From Octopus vulgaris (Eukaryota), in assembly GCA_951406725.2 (NCBI GenBank), contig OX597820.1, forward strand, positions 33,418,001 to 33,482,000: a DNA stretch of 64,000 nt, read 5' to 3'. The translations under genes were made by a program, and so were the position numbers. The notes under the pieces are model-generated. The model was not told the DNA's origin. It did no database searches and was given only the letters and a program-made list of their open reading frames with translations. Within the stretch, counting starts at the first letter, position 1. The number at the start of each line of letters is the position of its first letter. Of this stretch, positions 40,751 to 54,155 are shown piece after piece.

Positions 40751-43700
40751 TCTTTTAACCTTTTTGCTTTCATATTTCAGTTGAAATTCAAATTCATTCC
40801 CTTTTGTTTCAATTATGTTTGAAAATAATGAAGAATTTAGTAAAATAACTGTCATTCATAAGCTGACATTTGGAATATAGATTAACATGAACCTTGGATA
40901 GAAATGTTGAAACAAGAAGTTTTAAATTGGTATCAAAAAGCTCTGAAAATGGTTTTCTGATTTCGATATTTTGAACATTAGAGAATCAGAATATAAAAAT
41001 CAAATTTTCGTAGTATCATGTGAACAAAACGCCATGCGTATTAACAATGAAAGTGAAGGCATTGATAAAGAGCACTGTCACTTTCTACAATGTCAGATTA
41101 GCGGAAATTTGCAACACAGTCTGCCTCGAACCTTCTACCTCATAAGGTTAGAATTTATTCAGATTTTCAATGTGTTTCAAGGCTGTGAATACTCTCTCCC
41201 ATCACTACCAATAACAACAACGCTAGTCCGTCAAAGGTTAATCCTCAAATTGCCTCAAGTATTCATTTTCAGTTGAGTGTACAAGAATAACCTGAAGTGA
41301 AGTGCCTTGCTCAAAGAAAGACATAACTCAACACCGGGTCTGAGAATCGAACCCACAACCTATCCATTGTGAGCGCTGACACCCTAACCATTAAGCCAAG
41401 CACCTTCATAAAGTTTGAAATGAGCTGATTATGAATCAGTGTGCAAATACATTAACACTTTAATTAGCAGTAATAGGTAAAAATTTCTAATTTAGCAATA
41501 TGGCTGAAAAACGTGTTCTATTTAAGGATAGGGTATATGACATCATATAAGCTTCTCTCTATTCGATCCATGTCTCGTTCAAATGTGACCAGTTCGTCGT
41601 GAACGATTGATCTTGTTTTGTACTTATGCATACACACAACAGATCAAACATCGTTTCAGTCGACACTAGTAGCAGGATTCATAAAATGAAAGGAACGGAA
41701 GGAAGGGTTTACAGTTCCAAGATTGGTGAGATTATTAAAAGGTTGATGACTGATCGGTAAAAAAAAAAATGTTTTATGTCCAACGTTATCGATAATTGTA
41801 GTCTCCAAGGTCAGTCCAGTACGATTGGGGTTGCGTTAAAGAAATTCTCTTTTTATTAGCGTTAACTTTAATTCCAATGACCAAAAAAAAAAAATTATAA
41901 TTCTAGTTTTTTTTTTTTTGCGTTTGAACAACGAATTTTCATCAATTTTTACCGCACTGATAGGAACCACAGAATCGCACTCAGCTGTCTCGTTAAATTC
42001 TTGCCACTAAATAACTGCTTTGATACCAATACAATTCCACTCAGTGAAAGGGTCTCTAGGACTTCTCATACAAAGCTGAAGACTAAATGAAACATAGCAG
42101 GAACTGCCAATTTCGATTTTCTTCCAGAAATATGTTGCTTTACACAGAAACTCGTATACATGCTTGCGCATGAGAGAGAGAAAGTGTGTGTGTGTACAGA
42201 CAGACAGATAGATACACAAACACACACTTAAGGTGGCAAATTCGTAGTGTAAGAATGCCGGGCCGGGTGCCTTACCCCATGCGTTCTGAATTCAAATTTT
42301 GCCACGCTTGGTGGTATATTTAATCCGTGATTTTCGGTGCTTTTAGCGAAGCCCACTCTGTTGCAAGCTTTCAGGCCAAATTTCCAAATTGATTATACCT
42401 TCCTCTTTACAGACCCGCTTGTCTTGAAAGCCCTGTAAACAGTTGTGGGCACAGCTCCCGCTCTCTCCTGACTAAAAAGATCAAAGGAATAACTACGTCT
42501 TTGAGATTAGTGCAATGACATGAATCCCACCACCAGCACACACACACACACACACACACACACTTGTCATTGGCAATAATGTGCTGTCTCACTTGCAAAA
42601 ACTGCGCATAAGAGTTTTTAAATTCTGGAATTTTCCATTTTCTATCAGTAGGTACTTTCAACATAAAAAGGATAGCGTTTTGAACGAGTTTGTGGAAGAA
42701 AAATTTTTTAAAAATTCAGAATACTAATCCTTCTTTAGATATAGAAATTATAATCTTGTTGCTACTGTCATGTTTTGTAAGTCTACATACAATAAAATTG
42801 TTACAAATCACATAACTTGCATTGCAGAAACTAAGAGTGAACTATACTTATGTTTATTAATTATTTGGTTCCGTTATTTTGTAAAATATTTGAGATTCCT
42901 AATCTGATATATTCAAATCAAAGATACAAGAGGGAGAGCAGAATTCGAAGCTACCTCTGTTGTTTAAACGTTCCTTTTTTTTTTTTTTTTTTTTTTAGCT
43001 GTTATTTCTAACAAAAACGGTCGATTACATAAAAAAAAAATTGTGTTAGCTCAATAAAATATATTTCAAAAACCAAAATATCTCATTACGACCATAATTA
43101 GCTTGGAACACCGCCCACACCAAGAATTCTTTGTCTCGTCTAATTCGAACATCCCCACCCCACCCGTATGACTCAGATGAAGGGGGGGGGGGGCTATCAT
43201 TCTGCTAAAAAAAAAATACAGAAGAGACTCGTGGCGGTGATTAACAAGACGGCGGATTCCGTCCACATAAATTTCATTCACATGGCTTAGGACAAATTGA
43301 GATAATGGTAGGAGACACCTGCCCAGGGTACAGCGCGTTAAGTCAGCATTCGAAATCGTAGAAATGCAAAACATTCTTTTTGATCAAACAACCATACCTG
43401 AGCCTTTTCGTCTAAAGTTGCCGATTAACATGGACATGATGCGAGAGATAACGATACCGGTACAAAACACGAGCTGTAGATAAGGCAGTACGCGATTATA
43501 TATATATATACACACAGCTAGTTATAAAATCTCCTACGTGTGTATAATATATATACACACGTAGGAAAATATGTCTTGGAGACAGAGTAGTGTGCACAGA
43601 TATATGTACACACATAAAGGCTCCCAGAGAAAATACGTGTGCATACATGGGTAAATAATTCGTACATAACCAGGTACATGTATATTGATAAATGATTATA

Positions 43701-43844
43701 TATCATTCCTACACACGGATATACATGCTTTCATAATTATATTATGTACAGAGTCAGTCATACAAGATCATGCATGTATACAACTCTTTAAATGTACAGA
43801 TCTTCCGCATTATACATACACATAATTTTCAGTAGTTAACTCAC

Positions 43845-43895
43845 CTCGGGGTTCGATTCGAGAGGTATCCAAAACTGTTTGCTGTCTGACGCCAT
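43845..43895 (-). CDS. UCH-L1/L3-family ubiquitin C-terminal hydrolase, coding exon 1 (MASDSKQFWIPLESNPE)
   Basis: ATG at 43895; 17 codons ending in the family motif W-x-PLESNPE; donor GAG|gtgagt at 43844; phase 0. Confidence 0.93.
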
Positions 43896-44240
43896 GCTGT
43901 CAACTAGAAGAAGAAAGTTAACTACTCACTCTGTCGCGTCTTCCTCCTACTTCTTCAATAAGCTTACTCTTTCTTTTTTGTTTTCCTCCCTTTCTCCTAC
44001 TTCCGCTTGCTTTTTTCACTTATAGCCGTCTACTCTGACTACTCTCTCCTGCTTTCACCTCATTGTCTGTATTTCTATTCCTGTCTTTGTTTCTCTCCCT
44101 CCTACTATTTCCGGTTTGTCGGTGCTCGCTGCTATTGTTTCAATGATATTCTTTTTATTATCGAGTCCCAGGTCAGATCTCATCGCGTAGACTTAGATCA
44201 AACTTGTTATAACAGCGACCAAGTCGTCTTTTTATTTTTG
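43896..44240 (-). promoter_or_regulatory. Probable 5' UTR/promoter of the UCH gene
   Basis: Unique, relatively CpG-retaining sequence directly upstream of the ATG; TSS not determinable from sequence. Confidence 0.45.
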
Positions 44241-44659
44241 GGCGATCTTTCGTCTTTAGTAGACCTTTCCGTCGATTTCCGTAAAAAATTTTTTTTTTTT
44301 ACATATGGGCTTGCGGGAACTTTTGAAGTAATATACATACATATACATATACACCGAGTAAAAAATTTCAGTTATCTCTTTCTTTCACACACACTAACAG
44401 AAGCACTTCACTTACACAACATACTGTCTGTCTCCCACACCCCATCAAACACACACACACACACACACACGCACACACACATGTACATCAATGCTTCCCA
44501 TGCACGGTAACTTCAAAAGAACTTCTTTCGTCATACAATCGCTTTCTCTTAGTCTCTTTCGCTCTCATTACTTCGAAAAGTTCCCGCAAGCCCATATGTA
44601 AAAAGTAAAAGTTTTTTACGGAAATCGACGGAAAGGTCTACTACAAACGAAAGATTGCC
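44241..44659. mobile_element. MITE with ~90-bp TIRs and 8-bp TSD
   Basis: ggcgatctttcg...gaagtaat (44241-44332) vs attacttc...aagattgcc (44567-44659); TATTTTTG at 44233-44240 and 44660-44667. Confidence 0.85.
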
Positions 44660-44676
44660 TATTTTTGTTATTATTT

Positions 44677-45085
44677 AAGGCGGTGAGCTGGCAAAATTGT
44701 TAGCACACCAGGCAAATTACTTAGCAGTATTTCATCCATCCTTGCGTTCTGAGTTCAAATTCCGCCGAGGTCGATTTCACCTTTCATCCTTTCGTGGTCA
44801 ATAAAATTCCCCCAAATTTCAGGCCTTGTGCCTATAGTAGAAAGGATTATCATTAATATCATTATTATTATTATAAACTTACACCTAAGGCAGTGAGCTG
44901 GCAGAATAATAATCACGCCAGACAAACTAATTAGCGGCATTTCGTCTGTGTTTATGTAATGAGTCTGACTTTTATCTTTTCGTGGTCGATAAAATAAGTA
45001 CCAGTTGAGCACAAGGTTCGAGGTTATCGACTTGCCCCTTCCTCCAAAATTCTAGGTCTTGCGTTTATAGTAGAAGGGGATTATT
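44677..45085 (+). mobile_element. Two tandem SINEs with a Nin/Deu-like domain; related copies at ~34640 and 57885
   Basis: aaggcggtgagctggca...gagttcaaattccgccgaggtcga...cctttcatcctttcgtggtc. Confidence 0.65.
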
Positions 45086-45567
45086 ATACCTAGATCTGAA
45101 TTGTCGTATGTGACCTCTCTTTAAACAGACTTTGTAATTCTAGGGATGAGTGACTACAGCCACGAAAAGCAGGCTTTTATATATCTTGCGCTTCATTACC
45201 CAATGTTATATTTTTGTATAATTTAAGACGTTAAAGTGTGATTTAAGGGAGAGTTGGATGTTATTTCGGCACTTATTCGCTATAACGTGTATTTTGTTTG
45301 TTGTTTTTTTTTTTTACGTCGCTTTAAATCTTTATAGTTTTCGGATGAATACATACATAGAAACAAAGAAAAATATCCTGTTGTTGATGTTGAAATTCCA
45401 ATAAAGGAGACTTGGATTTAGGTTAGAAACCGGCTCTTTCTCTACTGGCAAGAAATCATGAAAAACTGAACAATAACATATATATATACATACATACATG
45501 CATACATACATACATACATGCACAGACAGACAGACACACAGACAGATAGACAGTCAGACAGACAGAC

Positions 45568-45652
<85 letters not shown>

Positions 45653-46777
45653 TGTTTCTTTATTAGCCACCCAGGGCTGCAAACAGACGGGACAAATTAC
45701 AAAGTAGAGCTTTTCTTTTTGGGGATAAAAAAAAACGTGGGTTGGTTTTCGATCAAAAATGATCGTAAATGGAAAGAAAGAGGAAAGCAAAAAACAAATG
45801 AGAGCAATAAAGGGGGGGTAGAAATAAAAGGAAAAAGAAAACATCGATCAATAGGGATCGTTATCACAGAAATGTCAATATAAAGTGTAAAGGGGAAGAC
45901 AGGTGAGGTTTACCTGTGGAAAGAAAAGCCTACGGAAAATACCACGGTAACCTCGGTCAATGAAGTCACATGTTATATTTTTTTACAAATAAGCAATTCT
46001 CTGTATTAATTTTTACGGTTCATAGGATCATAGTCAATGTGGCTTCGTCATTCATACGTGCCATCCTTGCTACATTCACCCATCTTTTTTTAAAACATTC
46101 ACTAGACAAAACTTGCTTCTCTACTCTCACTTTCCTTTTCAAGTGATACTTAAAGAAGTTGATGAGAGATTGACCAGAGAGGAAAGTGTTTGTCTCCAAT
46201 CCTTTCAGACGCGTCCACCAGATACATTCTTTCGCCATAGCCACAAGTATGATAAAAATAGCTCTTCCTTCCCGTTTGAAGGAAGGAGGCGTGACGATAT
46301 TAACGATAGACTCGGCTGATAAACCGACACGTCCCACACGTGACAGCAATCGTTCGACATAAGTCCACAGGTCGGAGATTGTTGGACACTGCACGATTGC
46401 GTGCAGAACGGTTTCGTCACTCTGACCGCATCTCGGGCAGGTCGGCCCCGTGTTTCTCGAGCCATGCCTATAGAGCTTATCCCGAACGGCTAGCGCTTCT
46501 CAGTAGCACTGCCAGGCCAAGGATCTCTGGCAGTTGTCCATAGGTCCCGGCCCGAAAGTCGTCTCAAACAGGCGGGTCAGGTATTCCTCGTCAACGCCCA
46601 GGTTCGCCCCAAGATCGTCGTCGTACCTCCCCTCCACTAATCCCCTATAGAATGCTTGGGTTGTGTTGAAGTCACTCAAGGTCGACCCGGGACGGCATAG
46701 TTGCTTGAGAGCAACGCGACACTCGCGGTGCCATTCGCCCTTCCTCGGCCTCTTTTTGATCCACGACTGCAGTTCAT
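45653..46777 (-). mobile_element. 5'-truncated Tx1/L1-clade LINE (ORF2 C-terminus + 3' UTR) inside a (GATA)n array
   Basis: Translation includes CPRCGQSDETVLHAIVQC (zf-RVT type CCHC); stop at 46020; AATAAA near 45660; one in-frame stop; (GATA)n both sides. Confidence 0.8.
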
Positions 46778-46868
<91 letters not shown>

Positions 46869-47490
46869 TCAGCAGCTTAGACAGGTTCTAAATTTAGCAG
46901 GAGCGAGCACAAACAAAAATGCACCATGACACATAACAGAGAATTTTAACTCATTTCTTTTATATGACGCGAAATATTTCATTAGTTAAAATAATTGTGT
47001 TCTACGTTCCTTAATTTTATGGTTCAATAAAAATTTCATAATGTTTAAAACTTACAACTACTGATATCGGTGTTACGTGAAAAAGATAAAACACCACAGG
47101 ATCGTCCAGTGTCGAAAGTTATGACATCAGGGTTTGTTTTGGTTTTTCAGATGTCAGCGACCAATACAGCACAGGAGATTGAGCAGACAGTTAAAAAAAC
47201 ATGAGAGGGAGGTTGGTCAAATGAATCCACAAAGTTCTTTCAAGGCCATGCGATTAACAGAAGAGAGAGAAACGGCGGGAGTGGGGAGTGAGAGAGAGAG
47301 AGGGGGCGCGATTCGACTTTTATTGCGTAAGTGAAATGAAAAGTTTAAAAAATTGTTGAAAAAGTACCAATTTTGAAAAAGCGATTGTAGATGCTTCCCT
47401 TGCTCCCCTATATATATTTTTTTATTTATTCATTTATTTATTTATTTATCTAGTTTCAGCTCACAAGCTGTGGCCATGCTGGGGCACCGC

Positions 47491-47537
<47 letters not shown>

Positions 47538-47538
<1 letters not shown>

Positions 47539-47838
47539 TAGCAGTATCGCCCGGTTGCTCGGGTTTGTAAGGGAAATAACTATATAAGCATTTTTAGAGA
47601 GTTACTTCCCTTATATAACCCGAGCAAAAATCATTAAAAATGCGGGAAAATGATGGTAATTTTTTTTAAATCGTAGACTCATCGTAGACGCGCGCTAATA
47701 CCCAGAAGGGCTCGATATGAATGACGACTATAAGATACCGCTTTTGGTTAAACTGCACCGCAAAATGTAGGAGTAGTTAGGAATCTAAATCGGAGGAGAC
47801 AGAGTCTCACACACACAACTTCAAGTTTATATATAAAG

Positions 47839-47840
<2 letters not shown>
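47538..47840 (-). mobile_element. Non-autonomous Helitron-like element in (TA)n
   Basis: 3' end CCCGAGCAAC(G)CGGGCGATACTG-CTAG (subterminal hairpin + CTAG); copies at 50138-50441 and 52360-52732. Confidence 0.65.
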
Positions 47841-47924
<84 letters not shown>

Positions 47925-48117
47925 ACATTATATAAAAGGGCTTAGTAAAATAAATTACTTTGCCGCATACTGAACTCATTAGAAATAGCAGCTAAAAAAA
48001 ACTTTTTTAAAACTATCTCCAATACTTAAAGAAAATCTCTCTCATATAGTGTTTGCTCAACTCAACTCACGAAAGTATGAGGGTAGAGACATTAAAAAAT
48101 CAAATGCAAAGGTTATT

Positions 48118-48170
48118 TGAGAACGTACGTTTCAAGATTAGTCAAAATCGACACTTCTATCATCAGCTCA
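48118..48170 (-). ncRNA. Type-I hammerhead ribozyme motif (unit 1)
   Basis: Reverse complement of 49674-49726. Confidence 0.72.
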
Positions 48171-48672
48171 GAACTCCCTGGTTTGGATTTGAAAACACTG
48201 AAAGTGGGAGCATACCCTTTCGGCCTGTTATCGCTTCTGAAGATCTGCTCAAAACTAACAGTGCCAGCAAATTCAAATATGCAAACGAAGAATTTCTGCT
48301 CTCCCCTTCCATCAGCGTGGGCTAAAATCAGCAAACACTATGCTTTTTTCGGTAAAATCCGAGGCATTATATAGAGAGAGATGAATTATAATTTCAACAA
48401 TTGAGGGTAAAATTAATTAATTAATCAATTTCACCAAGTATTCAGTATACAAAGGGACCATTTAAGGCGAATTCAAATTATTACATTATATAAAAGGGCT
48501 TAGTAAAATAAATTACTTTGCCGCATACTGAACTCATTAGAAATAGCAGCTAAAAAACTTTTTAAAACTATCTCCAATACTTAAAGAAAATCTCTCTCAT
48601 ATAGTGTTTGCTCAACTCAACTCACGAAAGTATGAGGGTAGAGACATTAAAAAATCAAATGCAAAGGTTATT

Positions 48673-48725
48673 TGAGAACGTACGTTTCAAGATTAGTCAA
48701 AATCGACACTTCTATCATCAGCTCA
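48673..48725 (-). ncRNA. Type-I hammerhead ribozyme motif (unit 2)
   Basis: Identical copy 555 bp from the unit-1 motif. Confidence 0.72.
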
Positions 48726-49230
48726 GAACTCCCTGGTTTGGATTTGAAAACACTGAAAGTGGGAGCATACCCTTTCGGCCTGTTATCGCTTCTGAAGATC
48801 TGCTCAAAACTAACAGTGCCAGCAAATTCAAATATGCAAACGAAGAATTTCTGCTCTCCCCCTTCCACCAGCGTGGGCTAAAATCAGCAAACACTATGCT
48901 TTTTTCGGTAAAATCCGAGGCATTATATAGAGAGAGATGAATTATAATTTCAACAATTGAGGGTAAAATTAATTAATTAATCAATTTCACCAAGTATTCA
49001 GTATACAAAGGGACCATTTAAGGCGAATTCAAATTATTACATTATATAAAAGGGCTTAGTAAAATAAATTACTTTGCCGCATACTGAACTCATTAGAAAT
49101 AGCAGCTAAAAAAACTTTTTTAAAACTATCTCCAATACTTAAAGAAAATCTCTCTCATATAGTGTTTGCTCAACTCAACTCACGAAAGTATGAGGGTAGA
49201 GACATTAAAAAATCAAATGCAAAGGTTATT

Positions 49231-49283
49231 TGAGAACGTACGTTTCAAGATTAGTCAAAATCGACACTTCTATCATCAGCTCA
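49231..49283 (-). ncRNA. Type-I hammerhead ribozyme motif (partial unit 3)
   Basis: Identical copy 558 bp from the unit-2 motif. Confidence 0.72.
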
Positions 49284-49673
49284 GAACTTCCTGGTTTGGA
49301 TTTGAAAACACTGAAAGTGGGAGCATACTATTTATTTTACTAAGCCCTTTTATATAATGTAATAATTTGAATTCGCCTTAAATGGTCCCTTTGTATACTG
49401 AATACTTGGTGAAATTGATTAATTAATTAATTTTACCCTCAATTGTTGAAATTATAATTCATCTCTCTCTATATAATGCCTCGGATTTTACCGAAAAAAG
49501 CATAGTGTTTGCTGATTTTAGCCCACGCTGGTGGAAGGGGGAGAGCAGAAATTCTTCGTTTGCATATTTGAATTTGCTGGCACTGTTAGTTTTGAGCAGA
49601 TCTTCAGAAGCGATAACAGGCCGAAAGGGTATGCTCCCACTTTCAGTGTTTTCAAATCCAAACCAGGGAGTTC

Positions 49674-49726
49674 TGAGCTGATGATAGAAGTGTCGATTTT
49701 GACTAATCTTGAAACGTACGTTCTCA
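49674..49726 (+). ncRNA. Type-I hammerhead ribozyme motif (inverted unit)
   Basis: TGAG-CTGATGA-T AGA agt GTC gatttt GAC taa TCT T-GAAA-C GTAC G-TT-CTCA: stem I TGAG/CTCA, intact core, palindromic stem III, GUU cleavage triplet. Confidence 0.72.
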
Positions 49727-50006
49727 AATAACCTTTGCATTTGATTTTTTAATGTCTCTACCCTCATACTTTCGTGAGTTGAGTTGAGCAAACACTATAT
49801 GAGAGAGATTTTCTTTAAGTATTGGAGATAGTTTTAAAAAAGTTTTTTTAGCTGCTATTTCTAATGAGTTCAGTATGCGGCAAAGTAATTTATTTTACTA
49901 AGCCCTTTTATATAATGTAATAATTTGAATTCGCCTTAAATGGTCCCTTTGTATACTGAATACTTGGTGAAATTGATTAATTAATTAATTTTACCCTCAA
50001 TTGTTG

Positions 50007-50073
<67 letters not shown>

Positions 50074-50137
50074 CTTTATATATAAACTTGAAGTTGTGTG
50101 TGTGAGACACACACATATATATATATATATGTATATA

Positions 50138-50441
50138 TCTTTATATATAAACTTGAAGTTGTGTGTGTGAGACTCTGTCTCCTCCGATTTAGATTCCTAA
50201 CTACTCCTACATTTTGCGGTGCAGTTTAACCAAAAGCGGTATCTTATAGTCGTCATTCATATCGAGCCCTTCTGGGTATTAGCGCGCCTCTACGATGAGT
50301 CTACGATTTAAAAAAAATTACCATCATTTTCTCGCATTTTTAATGATTTTTGCTCGGGTTATATAAGGGAAGTAACTCTCTAAAAATGCTTATATAGTTA
50401 TTTCCCTTACAAACCCGAGCAACGCCGGGCGATACTGCTAG
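50138..50441 (+). mobile_element. Helitron-like element (inverted-arm copy), preceded by a short duplicate of its 5' end at ~50070-50110
   Basis: tctttatatataaa 5' end; ...cccgagcaacgccgggcgatactgctag 3' end. Confidence 0.65.
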
Positions 50442-50443
50442 TA

Positions 50444-50515
<72 letters not shown>

Positions 50516-50988
50516 AATGGCGGGGCCCCAGCATGGCCACAGCTTGTGAGCTGAAACTAGATAAATAAATAAATAAATGAATAAATAAAAATATATATAT
50601 AGGGGAGCAAGGGAAGCATCTACAAACTTTTCATTTCACTTACGCAATAAAAGTCGAATCGCGCCCCCTCTCTCTCTCTCTCTCTCACTCCCCACTCCCG
50701 CCGTTTCTCTCTCTTCTGTTAATCGCATGGCCTTGAAAGAACTTTGTGGATTCATTTGACCAACCTCCTTCTCATGTTTTTTTAACTGTCTGCTCAATCT
50801 CCTGTGCTGTATTGGTGGCTGACATCTGAAAAATCAAAACAAACCCTGATGTCATAACTTTCGACACTGGACGATCCTGTGGTGTTTTATCTTTTTTACG
50901 TAACACCGATATCAGTAGTTGTAAGTTTCAAACATTATGACATTTTTATTGAACCATAATATATATCTATACATATATACATATATAC

Positions 50989-51091
<103 letters not shown>

Positions 51092-51103
51092 TAAATACAT
51101 ATA

Positions 51104-51135
<32 letters not shown>

Positions 51136-51174
51136 CATGCATACACACACACATATATATAAATATATATATAT

Positions 51175-51658
<484 letters not shown>

Positions 51659-52319
51659 TATATATTTATTTGTATATATAAATGATGCAACTCTATACTT
51701 TTCTCTCCGCCATCCTTCTCTCATTCCCTTTTTCTCCCTTTCACCGTTTTCTATCTGTCTCTATTCCTCTTTCTCTTTTTCTTTCTCTCGTTGCTCGCAC
51801 GTGACCATCATCCATCTTTCTTTTCCTCCCGTGACGACTATCTTTGTTTTCCTGCACGAACGTTCTAAGAACTGGACGTCTCCTATCTCTCTTCTATCTT
51901 TTCCCTTTTCAAAGAAAATATTTCTCTCAGTGTTTATTATTTTCCCCTCGTTCTGGTCTAACAACCCTCCATGTTTCTTTTCGTTCGGTTTCCTTGTATG
52001 TCTCCACTCTCCTGTTTTTGTTCCCAACTTTGACCCTCCATAAATCCAAAATTTGATTTCGGTCTTTATGGGAGCAACTGTCTTCGAAGTCTCATATTGT
52101 CGTTAATTGCTCGAAATGGGGAATAGATAGACAGCCGAAAACTGATGAAGGGTCGTTCTTTGTATTCTTTATATTACTTGTCCTGTTTTCCATTTTTTCT
52201 CTCGTTATTTGCGTAGTTAACTCATTTGATTTCGTATTTTATGTTGTTTACTGTTGGTGACGTCCTGTACCCATATATGCACACACACATAAATATAATA
52301 TATTTATATTATATTATAT

Positions 52320-52359
<40 letters not shown>

Positions 52360-52369
<10 letters not shown>

Positions 52370-52732
52370 GGCAGTTTGTCTGTGCGTTTTCTGTGTGTCT
52401 GTTTGCTTGTACCCTCACCCTGACCACGGCTTTTAACCGATTCTGATGAAACTTGACACACACATAGCCCAATGTCATAATTCAAAACTAACGCAGCGAA
52501 AATTTTGAAAAGTTCCCCCAGTTCTAAAAAAATCGATAAATTCGACATGGGGTCGAGAATCAGAAACACAAACCGCAAACTGCCTAGGGGACGCAACTCC
52601 ACCTTTTTTAACTAAAAAAAAATTTACCATCATTTTTTTCCATTTTTTTGCTATTTTTTGGCTATAACTCTCTAAAAATGCTTTATAGTTATTTCCCTTA
52701 CAAACCTGAGCAACGCCGGGCGATACTGCTAG
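52360..52732 (+). mobile_element. Helitron-like element, different subfamily with the same 3' end
   Basis: ttatttcccttacaaacctgagcaacgccgggcgatactgctag terminus, inserted in (TA)n. Confidence 0.65.
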
Positions 52733-53690
52733 TATATATATATATATATTACTAAATAGAAAATATACGTGGTAGGTAATTATACTCCCATACCCACAGT
52801 TTCTGTTTATATGCAGAATAGTTAGTGGGCTGTTATGTAGATGTATATGCGTGTGTGTGTGTGTTTATACGTATATATATGCACATGTATGTAGGTAAAT
52901 GAATATGAATGTAAACAGACAGACAGACAGACAGACGGATAGGTACACAGGTAATATGAACAGACAAGCACACATACACAAATGAAGACCGAAACATATG
53001 ACAATATATACACACACTTCACTTCACGCACGGACACATATGGAGACATACATCCACACATATGGAGATACCCATCCATACATACACAGTACATAGTCAC
53101 AAAAATACATACACGCACACGCACTCAGACATACCCATGCAAGGAGACAGAGGTACATACACATACATGTGCAAACGCACACACACATACACATAAAAAC
53201 ACACACATGAACACACAAACACGCGAATATGCAGAATGCATACATCCAAACGTACACATATACATACATATATACATACGCGCATACGCACACACACACA
53301 TACATACATACATGTATACACACACTTACAGGCATGCATAAATGCATACATACATACATACATACATACATACATGCATACATACATACATACATGTGTA
53401 TGCGCACGCACACTGACCCACACACATGCGCACAAACAAACAAAAAGAATGCAGCTCGGATAACGGACAGAGTCAACGAATATTGAAAAGGCTGCAAGAC
53501 GCAACGAACAGTTTAGGAAAAATAAATAAGTAAATGAGTGGTAACTTTACCGGTGAGTGTGTTAAATAATAAGGCACTAAAAGAGAATGACTCTTCCCAG
53601 ATACAACAATACATATATACATACATACATACATACATACATACATACATACATACATACATACATACATACATACATTCATATTTGGAT

Positions 53691-53721
<31 letters not shown>

Positions 53722-53895
53722 TTTAACCTCTTCATTCTCTCTCCCTCCCACTCCTCCTCTCTCTTCGCCGCGTGTCCCCCTCCTCCTTCCTTCTTTACTG
53801 CCAGCTTATAAAACAAAATTCCTTTACACGTGGTTCTCACTATCGAAAAGACTGCCTCCACGCGCTGATACTTTACCATTCGTCTTCGCCAGCAT

Positions 53896-54155
53896 AAAGG
53901 CTTTTTCGTTCGTCCCCTTGTGTGGTTGATTTCCTGTATCGTATTCTTTTTATTTTCTCGTTTTGTAACTAATTGTATTTTTTGTACATGTATTTTTATT
54001 TTTGCAGTTTTATTGTTTGTCTATGCCAAAAAAAGGCTTTTTCGTTCGTCTTCTTGTGTGTTTGATTTCCTGTATCGTATTTCTCTTTTTATTTTCTCGT
54101 TTTGTAATTAATTGTATTTTTTGTACATGTATTTTAATTTTGCAGTCTTATTGTT
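53896..54155. repeat. ~136-bp direct tandem duplication
   Basis: aaaggctttt(t)cgttcgtc...gatttcctgtatcgtatt...ttgtacatgtatttt occurs twice. Confidence 0.8.

Larger units (their letters stand above)
47921..50013. mobile_element. Array of ~556-bp non-coding units (2.5 direct + ~1.2 inverted), each with a hammerhead ribozyme motif; retrozyme/Penelope-like pLTR array
   Basis: Unit starts ttacattatataaaaggg at 47923, 48481 and 49037; orientation flips at ~49329; near-identical copies; (TA)n on both sides. Confidence 0.8.
47017..50959. repeat. Large imperfect inverted duplication: flanks 47017-47920 and ~50013-50959 are reverse complements
   Basis: e.g. gatatcggtgttacgt...cacaggatcgtccagtgtcgaaag (~47064) vs reverse complement at ~50857-50912; arms differ by SNPs and a ~40-bp indel. 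Confidence 0.92.

Noticed and set aside
48053-49791. Repeated 63-110 aa ORFs (MLNSTHESMRVETLK...)
   Set aside because: Start at TTG, differ in length between units through indels, show no domain motif; by-products of the non-coding repeat
47921-50013. CRISPR-like or prokaryotic array
   Set aside because: Units are ~556 bp and identical with no unique spacers or cas genes; context is eukaryotic
52095-52200. GAAA...CTGATGA arrangement, and a similar one at ~54250-54300, as type-II hammerheads
   Set aside because: Could not build consistent stems by eye; too degenerate to support
52430-52460. CTGATGA in ccgattctgatgaaacttgacac
   Set aside because: No stem II or stem III; internal motif of the Helitron-like element
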